This document shows, piece after piece, positions 19,731 to 28,022 of a DNA stretch of 64,000 nucleotides (position 1 is its first letter; every line of letters starts with the position of its first letter). Source of the stretch: a virus; IMG/VR virus record IMGVR_UViG_3300028829_004719. One strand, written 5' to 3'. The position numbers and the translations under genes were made by a program. Under the pieces are notes generated by a model, which saw only the letters and a program-made list of their open reading frames with translations, did no database searches and was not told the origin of the DNA.

Positions 19731-20594
19731 CTAATCTATACACATTATTTCTAGATCCCGGTCAAGAATTTCATAAAGAGGTCTCTTTTTTCCATCCTTA
19801 CACAAAAACTTATGGTCTAGCGTACAGGTAATTTTTTTTCCATCCTCCATTGTTACCTCTACGACCTCTTTTATACCATTGTCAATTACATCTAAAACTT
19901 CAACAAACTCATCTTCTAAGTCGTTTTTTGGGGCAAGTACCTTATCTCCGACTTCTAATTCATCCAATAACTTTTCACCATTTTCTGTTATTACGACCGT
20001 TTTAGGCGACAGGCACTTATTAAATGCGTAGCGGTTGGATTTTTCAATCCATCCAAAAATCTCTTCTGCAATATCCTTAGTAACGATTCCTTTACTTTGA
20101 GCACCCTCTAGGAAAGATTTCTTTACTTTCTCCATAAGGTCAGCTTTCTTTTTACCAATAGCCTTACGAAGTGCGTCAGCTTCCTTGAGATCGAACCCGG
20201 CGAGCTGTTGAGCAATCATCATAGATTGCTCTTGGTAAACAAGTACTCCATAAGTTTCTTTCAAGATAGATTCAAGCGAATCATGTAGGTATTCTACAGG
20301 CGAATCTGCTTTTCTTGCTTTGCGATCAGCGTAAACCTGTGTCATACTTTTACCATTCGCATCACGAGCAAGCAAAGTACCCGGACGAATAAGACTAATA
20401 AGTGCGGCTAAGTCTTTGATATTTCTGGGCTGCGTTTCCTTAGCCCAGTGCCTACCAAGATTAGACTCAAGCTGGAACACGCCTTTGGTATCGCCATCAC
20501 ATATTAAGTCCCATACATTGTCATCTTCAAAATCATTAATATCAAATTTGTGTTTATTTGACATACAAATCACCATTAGCAAATGCCTTTTCAA
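19731..20594 (-). CDS. dnaE: DNA polymerase III alpha, middle piece, fused to the N-half of a split intein
   Basis: GDTKGVFQLES, LIRPG, TYGVLVYQEQ, ADALRKAIGKK, RYAFNK then CLSPKT. Likely start MSNKHK near 20564. Confidence 0.95.
   Translation of the reverse strand: MKRHLLMVICMSNKHKFDINDFEDDNVWDLICDGDTKGVFQLESNLGRHWAKETQPRNIKDLAALISLIRPGTLLARDANGKSMTQVYADRKARKADSPVEYLHDSLESILKETYGVLVYQEQSMMIAQQLAGFDLKEADALRKAIGKKKADLMEKVKKSFLEGAQSKGIVTKDIAEEIFGWIEKSNRYAFNKCLSPKTVVITENGEKLLDELEVGDKVLAPKNDLEDEFVEVLDVIDNGIKEVVEVTMEDGKKITCTLDHKFLCKDGKKRPLYEILDRDLEIMCID
19734..20015 (-). mobile_element. Split intein, N-half (94 aa)
   Basis: Block A CLSPKTVV...LEVGDKV and block B CTLDHKF, ends at a stop codon. 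Confidence 0.9.
19737..19743 (-). promoter_or_regulatory. GTGTATA motif (putative phage promoter)
   Basis: About 35 nt upstream of the endonuclease start at 19701. Confidence 0.5.
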
Positions 20595-21240
20595 ACTTAA
20601 TCTTTTTAGATAGATTGCGTTGCATTTTCAGAAACTTGATTAAGATATTGGCAGTATCTTTAACATCCTGTAAAGCATCGTGAGCATTATCTTTAGACAT
20701 ACCAAAGTAATCACGCAAATAATCTAGACTATAACCTTTAACATCAGCGTTATTTTCAAACCAACAATAAACATGTTGCATGAGATCCATTGTAAAAATA
20801 GGATTGAAAAGTTTTTGCTTATGTTTCTTTTCGTCAATCGGGCCATAAGATTCACACAGTCGGTCAACGATGGGCATATCGTAACCGTTAATGTTATACC
20901 CTGCCGCAATTGGAGCCGTGAAAGAAGTCCCCTTCCAATTATACTTATCGCAAAACTGAGTGAACTTTTTCCAAACCGTCTTAGGCATTGGCCCCTTTGA
21001 AATTTCTTCTCTAGTCTTTCTTGTGACTTCGAGAGCCTTTTCTTCAACCGGATCGAATCCGGCAGCTATAGCTTTCTCATCGTCTACAATACAACGCATC
21101 GTACTTTCAAAGACACCTCCGGGCTGTAATTCTAACTTTCTAGCGTGAATGGCTACGGCGGCAATTTGTGTTGGCTGACACCTGTATGGGTTTTGACCTG
21201 TGGTTTCAAAGTCAAATACAATTATGTCCCTATAATTAAT
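20554..21240 (-). CDS. DEDDh 3'-5' exonuclease (DnaQ/epsilon-like), probably ATT-initiated
   Basis: Frame is open 47 codons upstream of the track's 21099 start and holds ExoI IIVFDFETTG; ExoII AGYNINGYD; ExoIII AHDALQD. Confidence 0.9.
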   Translation of the reverse strand: MNYRDIIVFDFETTGQNPYRCQPTQIAAVAIHARKLELQPGGVFESTMRCIVDDEKAIAAGFDPVEEKALEVTRKTREEISKGPMPKTVWKKFTQFCDKYNWKGTSFTAPIAAGYNINGYDMPIVDRLCESYGPIDEKKHKQKLFNPIFTMDLMQHVYCWFENNADVKGYSLDYLRDYFGMSKDNAHDALQDVKDTANILIKFLKMQRNLSKKIKFEKAFANGDLYVK

Positions 21241-21263
21241 AATACACCTTCGCTTTCTTTTAT

Positions 21264-21434
21264 TTACCAGTTTTTATTATTTTGCAACATCTCTAATTTA
21301 CGCTTTACTCTTTGTCTCGCAGTCTCTTCGTTTGTTTTGTAGTCAGGCTCTTTAAGGCAGCCCCAAGATCCAGCAACAAGCAAACATAAAAAAAACAAAA
21401 TAAACCAACAGAAAACATCTTTAATACAATTCAT
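21264..21434 (-). CDS. Small membrane or lipoprotein-like protein (56 aa, below ORF-track cutoff)
   Basis: MNCIKDVFCWFILFFLCLLVAGSWGCLKEPDYKTNEETARQRVKRKLEMLQNNKNW: hydrophobic stretch then GC. Confidence 0.6.
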   Translation of the reverse strand: MNCIKDVFCWFILFFLCLLVAGSWGCLKEPDYKTNEETARQRVKRKLEMLQNNKNW

Positions 21435-21439
21435 AATCT

Positions 21440-21664
21440 TTAACCTCTCAATTCTAAAAATTTTTCTACAGCTTCATCAATAGTAAAAAATAACTTGTAA
21501 TATCTATGCTTGTCTGACCAAACTTGGTATTTTGATCTAGGAATTCCAACGGTTGTATTCATAAAATCTTCTAAGTTGCATAACGAGACACCTTTGGATT
21601 CTACGCAACACCCATCGTAAACTACAGCGGAATAAATTTCTTCAGGATTTTCAATCATTTTCAC
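21440..21664 (-). CDS. Hypothetical protein
   Basis: 74 aa ORF overlapping the stop of the dnaE N-terminal piece. Confidence 0.65.
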   Translation of the reverse strand: MKMIENPEEIYSAVVYDGCCVESKGVSLCNLEDFMNTTVGIPRSKYQVWSDKHRYYKLFFTIDEAVEKFLELRG

Positions 21665-23264
21665 AAATCTCCATTATTTTAGATAAGAGGTCAATACCCA
21701 ACACGTCAAATTTAACATGTCCTTGGATTTCTAGTGGGTTCATTTCAAAAGCTACAACCGGATCGCCCGATTTGTCTACAGTCATCGGACAAACATCCGA
21801 TAATTTATATTTAGAAATAATAACACCAGCAGGATGCTTGCCTTGCGACTTATTAGTTCCTTCAATATTAATTGCTTGCTTAAATAAATTAGCAAGTGGA
21901 CCGTCTAACTTGCCATCATCATTGATGAATACCCAGTTCTTTAATTTTTCTGGATCGTTATCAAGTGCCCATCTGATGACAGACTTATCTTCCATTAATT
22001 CTAACTGATCGGAAATCTTAGCTTCGTCTGGTATACTATCTGTTATCTCATTCATTTCAGCAAATGACACAGCGTCATTAATTCTCAATACTTCTTTGAT
22101 GGCAGACCGTCCTTGTAATCGTCCAAATGTGATCATTTGTGATACATTTTCTTCTCCGTACTTTTCTTTGATATATGCAATTACCTCGTCCCTATGCTCT
22201 GCCGGAACATCGATATCAACATCAGGAATAGCCACATTGCCATCTGTATTTCTACCCTCGTTGTAAAATCGTTCAAAAAGTAAATCAAACTCAATAGGGT
22301 CAACTTCTGTAATATCTAGCAGGTAGGAGACTAAGCAACCAGCAGCACTTCCTCGACCCGGACCTGCAAGCCACCCTTTACTTTTAACCCATCCAACTAT
22401 ATCTTGAACAATTAAAAAATAACCAGATAGCTGGGCTTTAAAAATTACTTTTAGCTCGTGTTTGATTCTATCCCTGTAAAGACTGTTGAAGTATTCACCT
22501 TCGACGCGGCCAGCAGGAATTAGCTTTTTCTTCCACCCGTCTCGACACAATTGAGTTAAGTATTCATCTTCATCAAAACCCTCTGGACATTCAAAAGTAG
22601 GAAATGAGGGCTGATCTGCAAGATCGTAATCTTCGCATTTTTCAACAATACGCCAGATATCTTTGTCTCCAACTGTTAGCATCCTTTTTGCTATTGTGAC
22701 GTTTTTATCTGGCAGGTGGAATGTGTTATAATGTTTGTGACTTTTATCAAAAAACTGTTTACAGTCATGATCTAGTTTTTCTATCTTTTTTAATGTCGTT
22801 TTCATTTTTCCACAAAGCATGATTTTATGACATTCAGCGTCAGACTCATCAACATAATATATAGCTTGGGACTCATAATCAATCTGTATATAATTATGTT
22901 TAAACAGGTTAGAAAACCCATTCCTGTCTGGAGTTACACATAAAACATTACCATTCTTAGCGACATTTTTTAAAACTTCTAGGTTTCGATTCGAAACATA
23001 TTTTACTAAATCGAACCATCCAGCTTTATTCTTTGCATAAAGAATATAACCATTGAACTCGCATCCAATGATTGGTTTGATACCATTCTTCTTACAGTCT
23101 TGCTGAAACCCTACCGCACCAGACAGTGTTCCAAAGTCGGCAATACCGCACGCGGTGTATCCATATTCAGCACACCTTTTTGCCAGTTTATCAGTTTTAC
23201 AAAAACCATGCTGCAAGCTGAAATGAGTCTTGCAATTAATCGGATTCCACATTCTATTCCTCAA
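21651..23264 (-). CDS. dnaE: DNA polymerase III alpha, N-terminal piece (PHP plus palm)
   Basis: KTHFSL, IKPIIGCE, GPGRGSAAGCLVSYLLDITEVDP, LLFERF, PDVDID, KHPAGV, VKFDVLG. Confidence 0.95.
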   Translation of the reverse strand: MRNRMWNPINCKTHFSLQHGFCKTDKLAKRCAEYGYTACGIADFGTLSGAVGFQQDCKKNGIKPIIGCEFNGYILYAKNKAGWFDLVKYVSNRNLEVLKNVAKNGNVLCVTPDRNGFSNLFKHNYIQIDYESQAIYYVDESDAECHKIMLCGKMKTTLKKIEKLDHDCKQFFDKSHKHYNTFHLPDKNVTIAKRMLTVGDKDIWRIVEKCEDYDLADQPSFPTFECPEGFDEDEYLTQLCRDGWKKKLIPAGRVEGEYFNSLYRDRIKHELKVIFKAQLSGYFLIVQDIVGWVKSKGWLAGPGRGSAAGCLVSYLLDITEVDPIEFDLLFERFYNEGRNTDGNVAIPDVDIDVPAEHRDEVIAYIKEKYGEENVSQMITFGRLQGRSAIKEVLRINDAVSFAEMNEITDSIPDEAKISDQLELMEDKSVIRWALDNDPEKLKNWVFINDDGKLDGPLANLFKQAINIEGTNKSQGKHPAGVIISKYKLSDVCPMTVDKSGDPVVAFEMNPLEIQGHVKFDVLGIDLLSKIMEICEND

Positions 23265-23745
23265 ACTTATTCAAATCTTTAATAGCCACGTTATGACAAT
23301 CTGCTCTGACGATAAATCCATTTGATGGATCTTTTTGTCCCTTAGTTAGCGTTCTTGCCTTCTTGTAATATTCGTCGCGTGGAAGCCAGCCCAACACCCA
23401 AGCTCGCCCCCATCTTCCATTCTTATTTTCAATCCTGACAAAAATGTAGTTGTCACAATCTTGGCTAGTGTTGTAATCGGCCACTGAACAATCATAATAG
23501 TCCTTTGGAGGACTTGTACATCTCTTGGTTTTTACATCCCAAGTAGTGTCTTCTGTCATGATGTCGTAGTCGAATGTATTACTAATTATACCATCCAAAA
23601 CCTCATTTGCAACCGCCTCTCCTAAAAAACCTGCAATATTTCCGTCACCTTTCATGATGGAGTTCTTTAATTTCCCCATTTCGCGAGCTTTTCTCCATGC
23701 TTGCTGTTTCATGTTTTCTGTAATTTCTACTTCAATCATCTTCAT
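23254..23745 (-). CDS. Putative PD-(D/E)xK-like nuclease
   Basis: GFLGE ... YDI ... DVKT motif spacing. Confidence 0.5.
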   Translation of the reverse strand: MKMIEVEITENMKQQAWRKAREMGKLKNSIMKGDGNIAGFLGEAVANEVLDGIISNTFDYDIMTEDTTWDVKTKRCTSPPKDYYDCSVADYNTSQDCDNYIFVRIENKNGRWGRAWVLGWLPRDEYYKKARTLTKGQKDPSNGFIVRADCHNVAIKDLNKFEE

Positions 23746-23763
23746 CCTCTTTTTTAATATCTA

Positions 23764-24454
23764 TTAATTGTGCCATTCACTTACCTTTTTACATATCTCT
23801 ATAAAATATTCGTTATTAAAATCTGTCTTCATTCTTTGAATGTCCTTATGTATCCATTGAATATTATCTTTAGTATACCCTTTAGATGAATCAATCCTAT
23901 GTTAATTTACACTTACCGTCTTGGATCAACCACTGTTCCCACATTTCTTCCATAGTTATAGAAAATTCAATATTTCTCGCTGCGGCACTTCCTTTTGTTC
24001 TTGACCAGTATCTTTTAGAAATTCCCTCGTAACCTTGAAACAGCGGGTGGTCTTTCCCCTGTCTCATTTTGAGACAACCGCAACTGGAAACATTCCCGCT
24101 TTTTAGATTGCCTAAAGTTACATATTTTTCTTTTCCGCAGTCGCAAAGACATTTTCTATAAAGTTTTCCGCTAGAGTTCTTTTCGCCGTCTATATCAACT
24201 ACCACAAGACTTCCGTATCTTGTTCCTACATCATATATGGTTGGCGAGTGTCTCATATTGAGACAACCGCAACTTCTTTTTCCACAACAGGTAAGTTCAG
24301 TAGTGGTTGCCTCATAAGTGTTTCCGCACTCGCACTGAACCAACCATACTAAACTCTTTCTGTTTTTTCTTTTCTCTCTACCCACAAAACTAATGACGGT
24401 TCCCATATTGAACTTTTGACCAATTAGTTTTTCTTCTTGTTTTACTTTTGTCAT
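23764..24454 (-). pseudogene. HNH-type homing endonuclease with internal deletion and frameshift
   Basis: ORF 23897..24454 (CECG repeats) stops at KCKLT; another frame continues RIDSSKGYTKDNIQWIHKDIQRMKTD..., matching the intact paralog at 25538. Confidence 0.8.
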
Positions 24455-24483
24455 AATATACCTCCTTATTGGTTATATATTAT

Positions 24484-24490
24484 TATACAC
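24484..24490 (-). promoter_or_regulatory. GTGTATA motif (putative phage promoter)
   Basis: GTGTATAATA...ATAACC..AAGGAGG upstream of the HNH start at 24454. Confidence 0.6.
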
Positions 24491-24512
24491 AAAAATGTAC
24501 AAATGAAGGACT

Positions 24513-25541
24513 TTATCCGGGACATTCGTAATATCCTACGTTAAATCCTTCTTTCGTGCATTTCTCCACAGTCTCGTCATGCCCAAAAGCCTTTAAGTTG
24601 TTTTCTACGTGTTCACACATAGAAATATTAGTTCCTTCCCAGTTCTTTTTATAGAACGAACAAAGTCGTGTACACTTGAAGCTCGTTCTATTTCTAGAGC
24701 ATAGCGATGGATATTTGTTGTGTTGTATTTGTTTAACACGCTGTTCAAGCATCCCTAAAAACTTTTTCTGATCATCTTCGTCAAAACACATACTAAACGG
24801 GCCGCCATCTCTAGTGTAGAATATCGTCATTATAGCCTGTTTATAATTAGGATAAAGTTTAGAAATTGCATAATTATACAAAAGTAATTGAGGGTCTTCC
24901 AATAACTTTTCGTAAGTCTTTTCTTCTCCGGTTGCCCAGTTTTTACGCTGACCCGTTTTCCAATCTACTACCTCGATAATTCCATCTTCTATTTCTGTTA
25001 CGAGGTCAATAGTTCCTTTGATGGCAAGCCGACCTTCTACTTCTTTTCCATCTTTGTCTTTGTACTTAATCTTAGCCCAAGGTTCGTCAATCGGAATATC
25101 AAACTGTGGCTCTGTGTCTACAATCTTTCTTTTACGAGGGTCAAACTGACCATTGTTGTAATCCAAAGCGTTGTTTGTTTGAGTTATGCAGAACTTTTTA
25201 TCAGCACCAGTATATTTATGCTTCGCTTCGCACGTAGTAGTGTAGTGTTCATAACTTCTGTCTAACATGTCCATGACAAACTTTTTAGTTTTAAGTTTGG
25301 CAGGAGTAAAGTTGACTTTGCCGATAGCGTCATCATTGACAAACAAACTTTTCTTGTCTGGATTCTCCTGTGATTTTTTGGTACACGACGCCAGTACTTC
25401 CAGTACTTTATGTACAACAGTTCCCAACTGAGCTTTCTTGCCAGATACAGATCTATGACCAAGCACATAGGTAATAAAAAACTGCATCTGACAGTAATCG
25501 TAGTTATTATAACTACTTGATCTGACGTAGGTTACTATCAA
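24513..25541 (-). CDS. Cas4/RecB-like PD-(D/E)xK exonuclease
   Basis: GTVVHKVLE, GTIDLV...VVDWKTG, QLLLY; Cys at the N-terminus plus a C-terminal C..C...C cluster. Confidence 0.85.
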   Translation of the reverse strand: MIVTYVRSSSYNNYDYCQMQFFITYVLGHRSVSGKKAQLGTVVHKVLEVLASCTKKSQENPDKKSLFVNDDAIGKVNFTPAKLKTKKFVMDMLDRSYEHYTTTCEAKHKYTGADKKFCITQTNNALDYNNGQFDPRKRKIVDTEPQFDIPIDEPWAKIKYKDKDGKEVEGRLAIKGTIDLVTEIEDGIIEVVDWKTGQRKNWATGEEKTYEKLLEDPQLLLYNYAISKLYPNYKQAIMTIFYTRDGGPFSMCFDEDDQKKFLGMLEQRVKQIQHNKYPSLCSRNRTSFKCTRLCSFYKKNWEGTNISMCEHVENNLKAFGHDETVEKCTKEGFNVGYYECPG

Positions 25542-26095
25542 TTTACTTCTCCTATTAATTTACAAAATTTTATGAATTCTTCTTGTGTTAGATCCGTCTT
25601 CATTCTGTTCACCGTTTTGTGAACCCATTGAATATTTCCGGGTACATAACCTCGTGATGAGTCTATCCTGTCTAGTGACGCAGTTGTATCGTTTTTACGT
25701 TGGACTGTCTCGGTAAAGGATATGTCCAGCCCAGACAACGCACATTTACGGTTTTGATTTTCGTATAGTTCCCAAGCCTCTTCTATTGTAACTTCAACAT
25801 CTAAATTTCTGGCATTTGCACCACTTTTTACCGCATACCAGTATGACCCGCTTAATTCCCCACATCCTTTCCATTGGTGATGATTGTCTCGCCTCCACTT
25901 TTTAGGAACGGGTACATCTACATACTCTCCCCACTTTAATCCCAGCTTATGTGCCTTTCTCCAGATTGAATCTTCGCTACGACCTAGCTCTTGGGCACAT
26001 TTTTTGCCCAGTTTGTGGTAGTTGTCTATTAGCCATTGCGTTTCTTCATCTGACCAAGTTTTCGTTTTCATATTGTCTCCTTTATGTACTGTCAC
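25538..26095 (-). CDS. HNH-type homing endonuclease with N-terminal HTH
   Basis: KCALSG ... SLDRIDSSRGYVPGNIQWVHKTVNRMK. Confidence 0.85.
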   Translation of the reverse strand: MTVHKGDNMKTKTWSDEETQWLIDNYHKLGKKCAQELGRSEDSIWRKAHKLGLKWGEYVDVPVPKKWRRDNHHQWKGCGELSGSYWYAVKSGANARNLDVEVTIEEAWELYENQNRKCALSGLDISFTETVQRKNDTTASLDRIDSSRGYVPGNIQWVHKTVNRMKTDLTQEEFIKFCKLIGEVN

Positions 26096-26108
26096 CTAGT
26101 TAATAGGT

Positions 26109-26115
26109 TATACAC
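26109..26115 (-). promoter_or_regulatory. GTGTATA motif (putative phage promoter)
   Basis: GTGTATAACC upstream of the HNH gene at 25538..26095. Confidence 0.6.
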
Positions 26116-26145
26116 AAAAGAAGCAATATTGGGATCTATTTTTAT

Positions 26146-26952
26146 TTATTCCGCCTTTATGGTATGGAGTCGTTCTTTTTTACTAGTAATCTTTGTTTCT
26201 GAGAACCATCCCCAGTCGTCAATATTTCGAATTACTTCTGTACACATCTCATGAATGCTGATTTCTTGGTTGTCAATCACAGCGTCAAACAAGTCCCAGT
26301 TGTCTTTTATAACTTGTTCACTGGAGTGACTGTCTTCGTAGGGGTTTCGACTTAGACCAATAACTTTACCACCAGCTTTCTGTACAGCCTTGATCTCGTT
26401 TTCAAAGCGACAATCATCAACAATAGCAAGAAGTGGTTCTTCATATTTAATATCATTGATACATCTGTCCACCCAGATAGAATCGTGAATTGTTCTACAA
26501 ATATCTGTGCCGAAATATTGCAGGAAGTCACGAACGGTCATTGGGCCTGTGGCATGTGCCCCCGGCATGTTCTCCCATCTAAGATGCGGAACCTGTTGAT
26601 TTTTGTATGCTTCACCGCTATACACCTGTTCATAAGTCAATCCAAAAAGATTGATCGCAATATCTTTAAGACTGTCCGCGAAAGAGTATTTTTTTACAAA
26701 CGGCCACATATTGTACATCGCCCATTCAACAAACTCTTGATCTCGACGATTTGTATCAAGGTATGTATCTTCGATTTGCTCTGACCCATTTTCCTGAAGT
26801 ACATTAGTCTTAACAAAAAGATTGCCATTGTCCATAATTCCAAAATTCTCTATAATCTCTTGAGCACGTAGCTGGTAACCATGTAGAAAATTACTACATG
26901 TTGATTTACCTGCTTGCTTTGCACCAGCAAATGCTAAAATCTTAGTATTCAT
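26146..26952 (-). CDS. Deoxynucleoside monophosphate kinase (T4 gp1-like)
   Basis: P-loop GAKQAGKS, SFADSLK, RDFLQYFGTD, DDCRFENE. Confidence 0.85.
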   Translation of the reverse strand: MNTKILAFAGAKQAGKSTCSNFLHGYQLRAQEIIENFGIMDNGNLFVKTNVLQENGSEQIEDTYLDTNRRDQEFVEWAMYNMWPFVKKYSFADSLKDIAINLFGLTYEQVYSGEAYKNQQVPHLRWENMPGAHATGPMTVRDFLQYFGTDICRTIHDSIWVDRCINDIKYEEPLLAIVDDCRFENEIKAVQKAGGKVIGLSRNPYEDSHSSEQVIKDNWDLFDAVIDNQEISIHEMCTEVIRNIDDWGWFSETKITSKKERLHTIKAE

Positions 26953-28022
26953 TTAATAAACTTCTCCAATTGAGGTAAAATAAGTTCTTTAATTTGTTCT
27001 ACGGTAAGATCGCCAATATCTTTGACGCCTTTCGGCATCTCTGGTCTAATGTAGTTGAAACGCCTTCCACACTTTTTCATGATCTGCTGTGCAGCCTTGT
27101 TACCAGCTTCGTCATAGTCTGTAAGTACCACTAAATTCAACGCTCCGCTTTGTTCAAGTAAAATTAATTGGTCTTCATTTATACTAGATCCAAATATACC
27201 AACCGACATATCAAGACCGGCTTCTACGGCACGCCATACATCTCCCTGTCCTTCGACAACGACTACGGTTCTCGTTTCAAGTATTTTTTCTTTTGCTAGA
27301 TTCAAGCCATATAAAATATTTTTGGTAAAACCTTTGCTATGTAACCATTTTGGCTTTAGATGTTCTTTAATAGCTCTACCAACACACCCTACATAATTAT
27401 AGCTTTCATCGTACACGGGGACAACAACTCTTCCTGACATTGGCTGATTTTCTACTAAACATTCGCCAACATCAAAAGATTCTAATACCAATTGACTATA
27501 TTTTCTTCCTAAATAGTAAGGAGCAGGAATTTGTAACTTGGTTCTAATCTCATCTCTAGATATTTTGCTTTCTGTTCTTTGAATTGTACGATTAAAAATA
27601 TCAACTGCTTTACTTTGTCTAATTTTAGATGGGGCTAGGTTGTCTAAATCCGTACCTAAAAAATCAATCAAGAAAGAAGCTGTGTCATTCATGTTGAAGT
27701 CCCGTGAGCCGTTACGAGACAAACAACCACGAACAAATCCAAACAAATTATTTACATATTCCTCATGACATCCATGTGTCCAACATGACCAATTGCCCTG
27801 ATTTGTTAAACCGTCTGTAAATATACAACAACCCTCTGCATTATCTCCTCCATGCACGGGGCAAGCAAAAGCAATACGGTTAGGATATTCAACATATTCT
27901 ATATCAAAATAGTTTAACAGTTTATGAATTTGAAGAAATGCACCATCACATATCGATGCTAGTTTCTCCTTCGTCAATCTCCTCTGTTTCAAATCCTTGT
28001 TCTCTACTTCTGTTTGCATCAT
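26949..28022 (-). CDS. dnaG: DNA primase (Zn-binding plus TOPRIM)
   Basis: CPVH...CWTHGC zinc site; LYGL, VVEGQGD, TDYDEAG. Confidence 0.9.
   Translation of the reverse strand: MMQTEVENKDLKQRRLTKEKLASICDGAFLQIHKLLNYFDIEYVEYPNRIAFACPVHGGDNAEGCCIFTDGLTNQGNWSCWTHGCHEEYVNNLFGFVRGCLSRNGSRDFNMNDTASFLIDFLGTDLDNLAPSKIRQSKAVDIFNRTIQRTESKISRDEIRTKLQIPAPYYLGRKYSQLVLESFDVGECLVENQPMSGRVVVPVYDESYNYVGCVGRAIKEHLKPKWLHSKGFTKNILYGLNLAKEKILETRTVVVVEGQGDVWRAVEAGLDMSVGIFGSSINEDQLILLEQSGALNLVVLTDYDEAGNKAAQQIMKKCGRRFNYIRPEMPKGVKDIGDLTVEQIKELILPQLEKFIK

Noticed and set aside
20600-21650. Intron or second split intein at the first dnaE break
   Set aside because: No intein blocks at either end and no group I or II core motifs; the gap is filled with ordinary ORFs.
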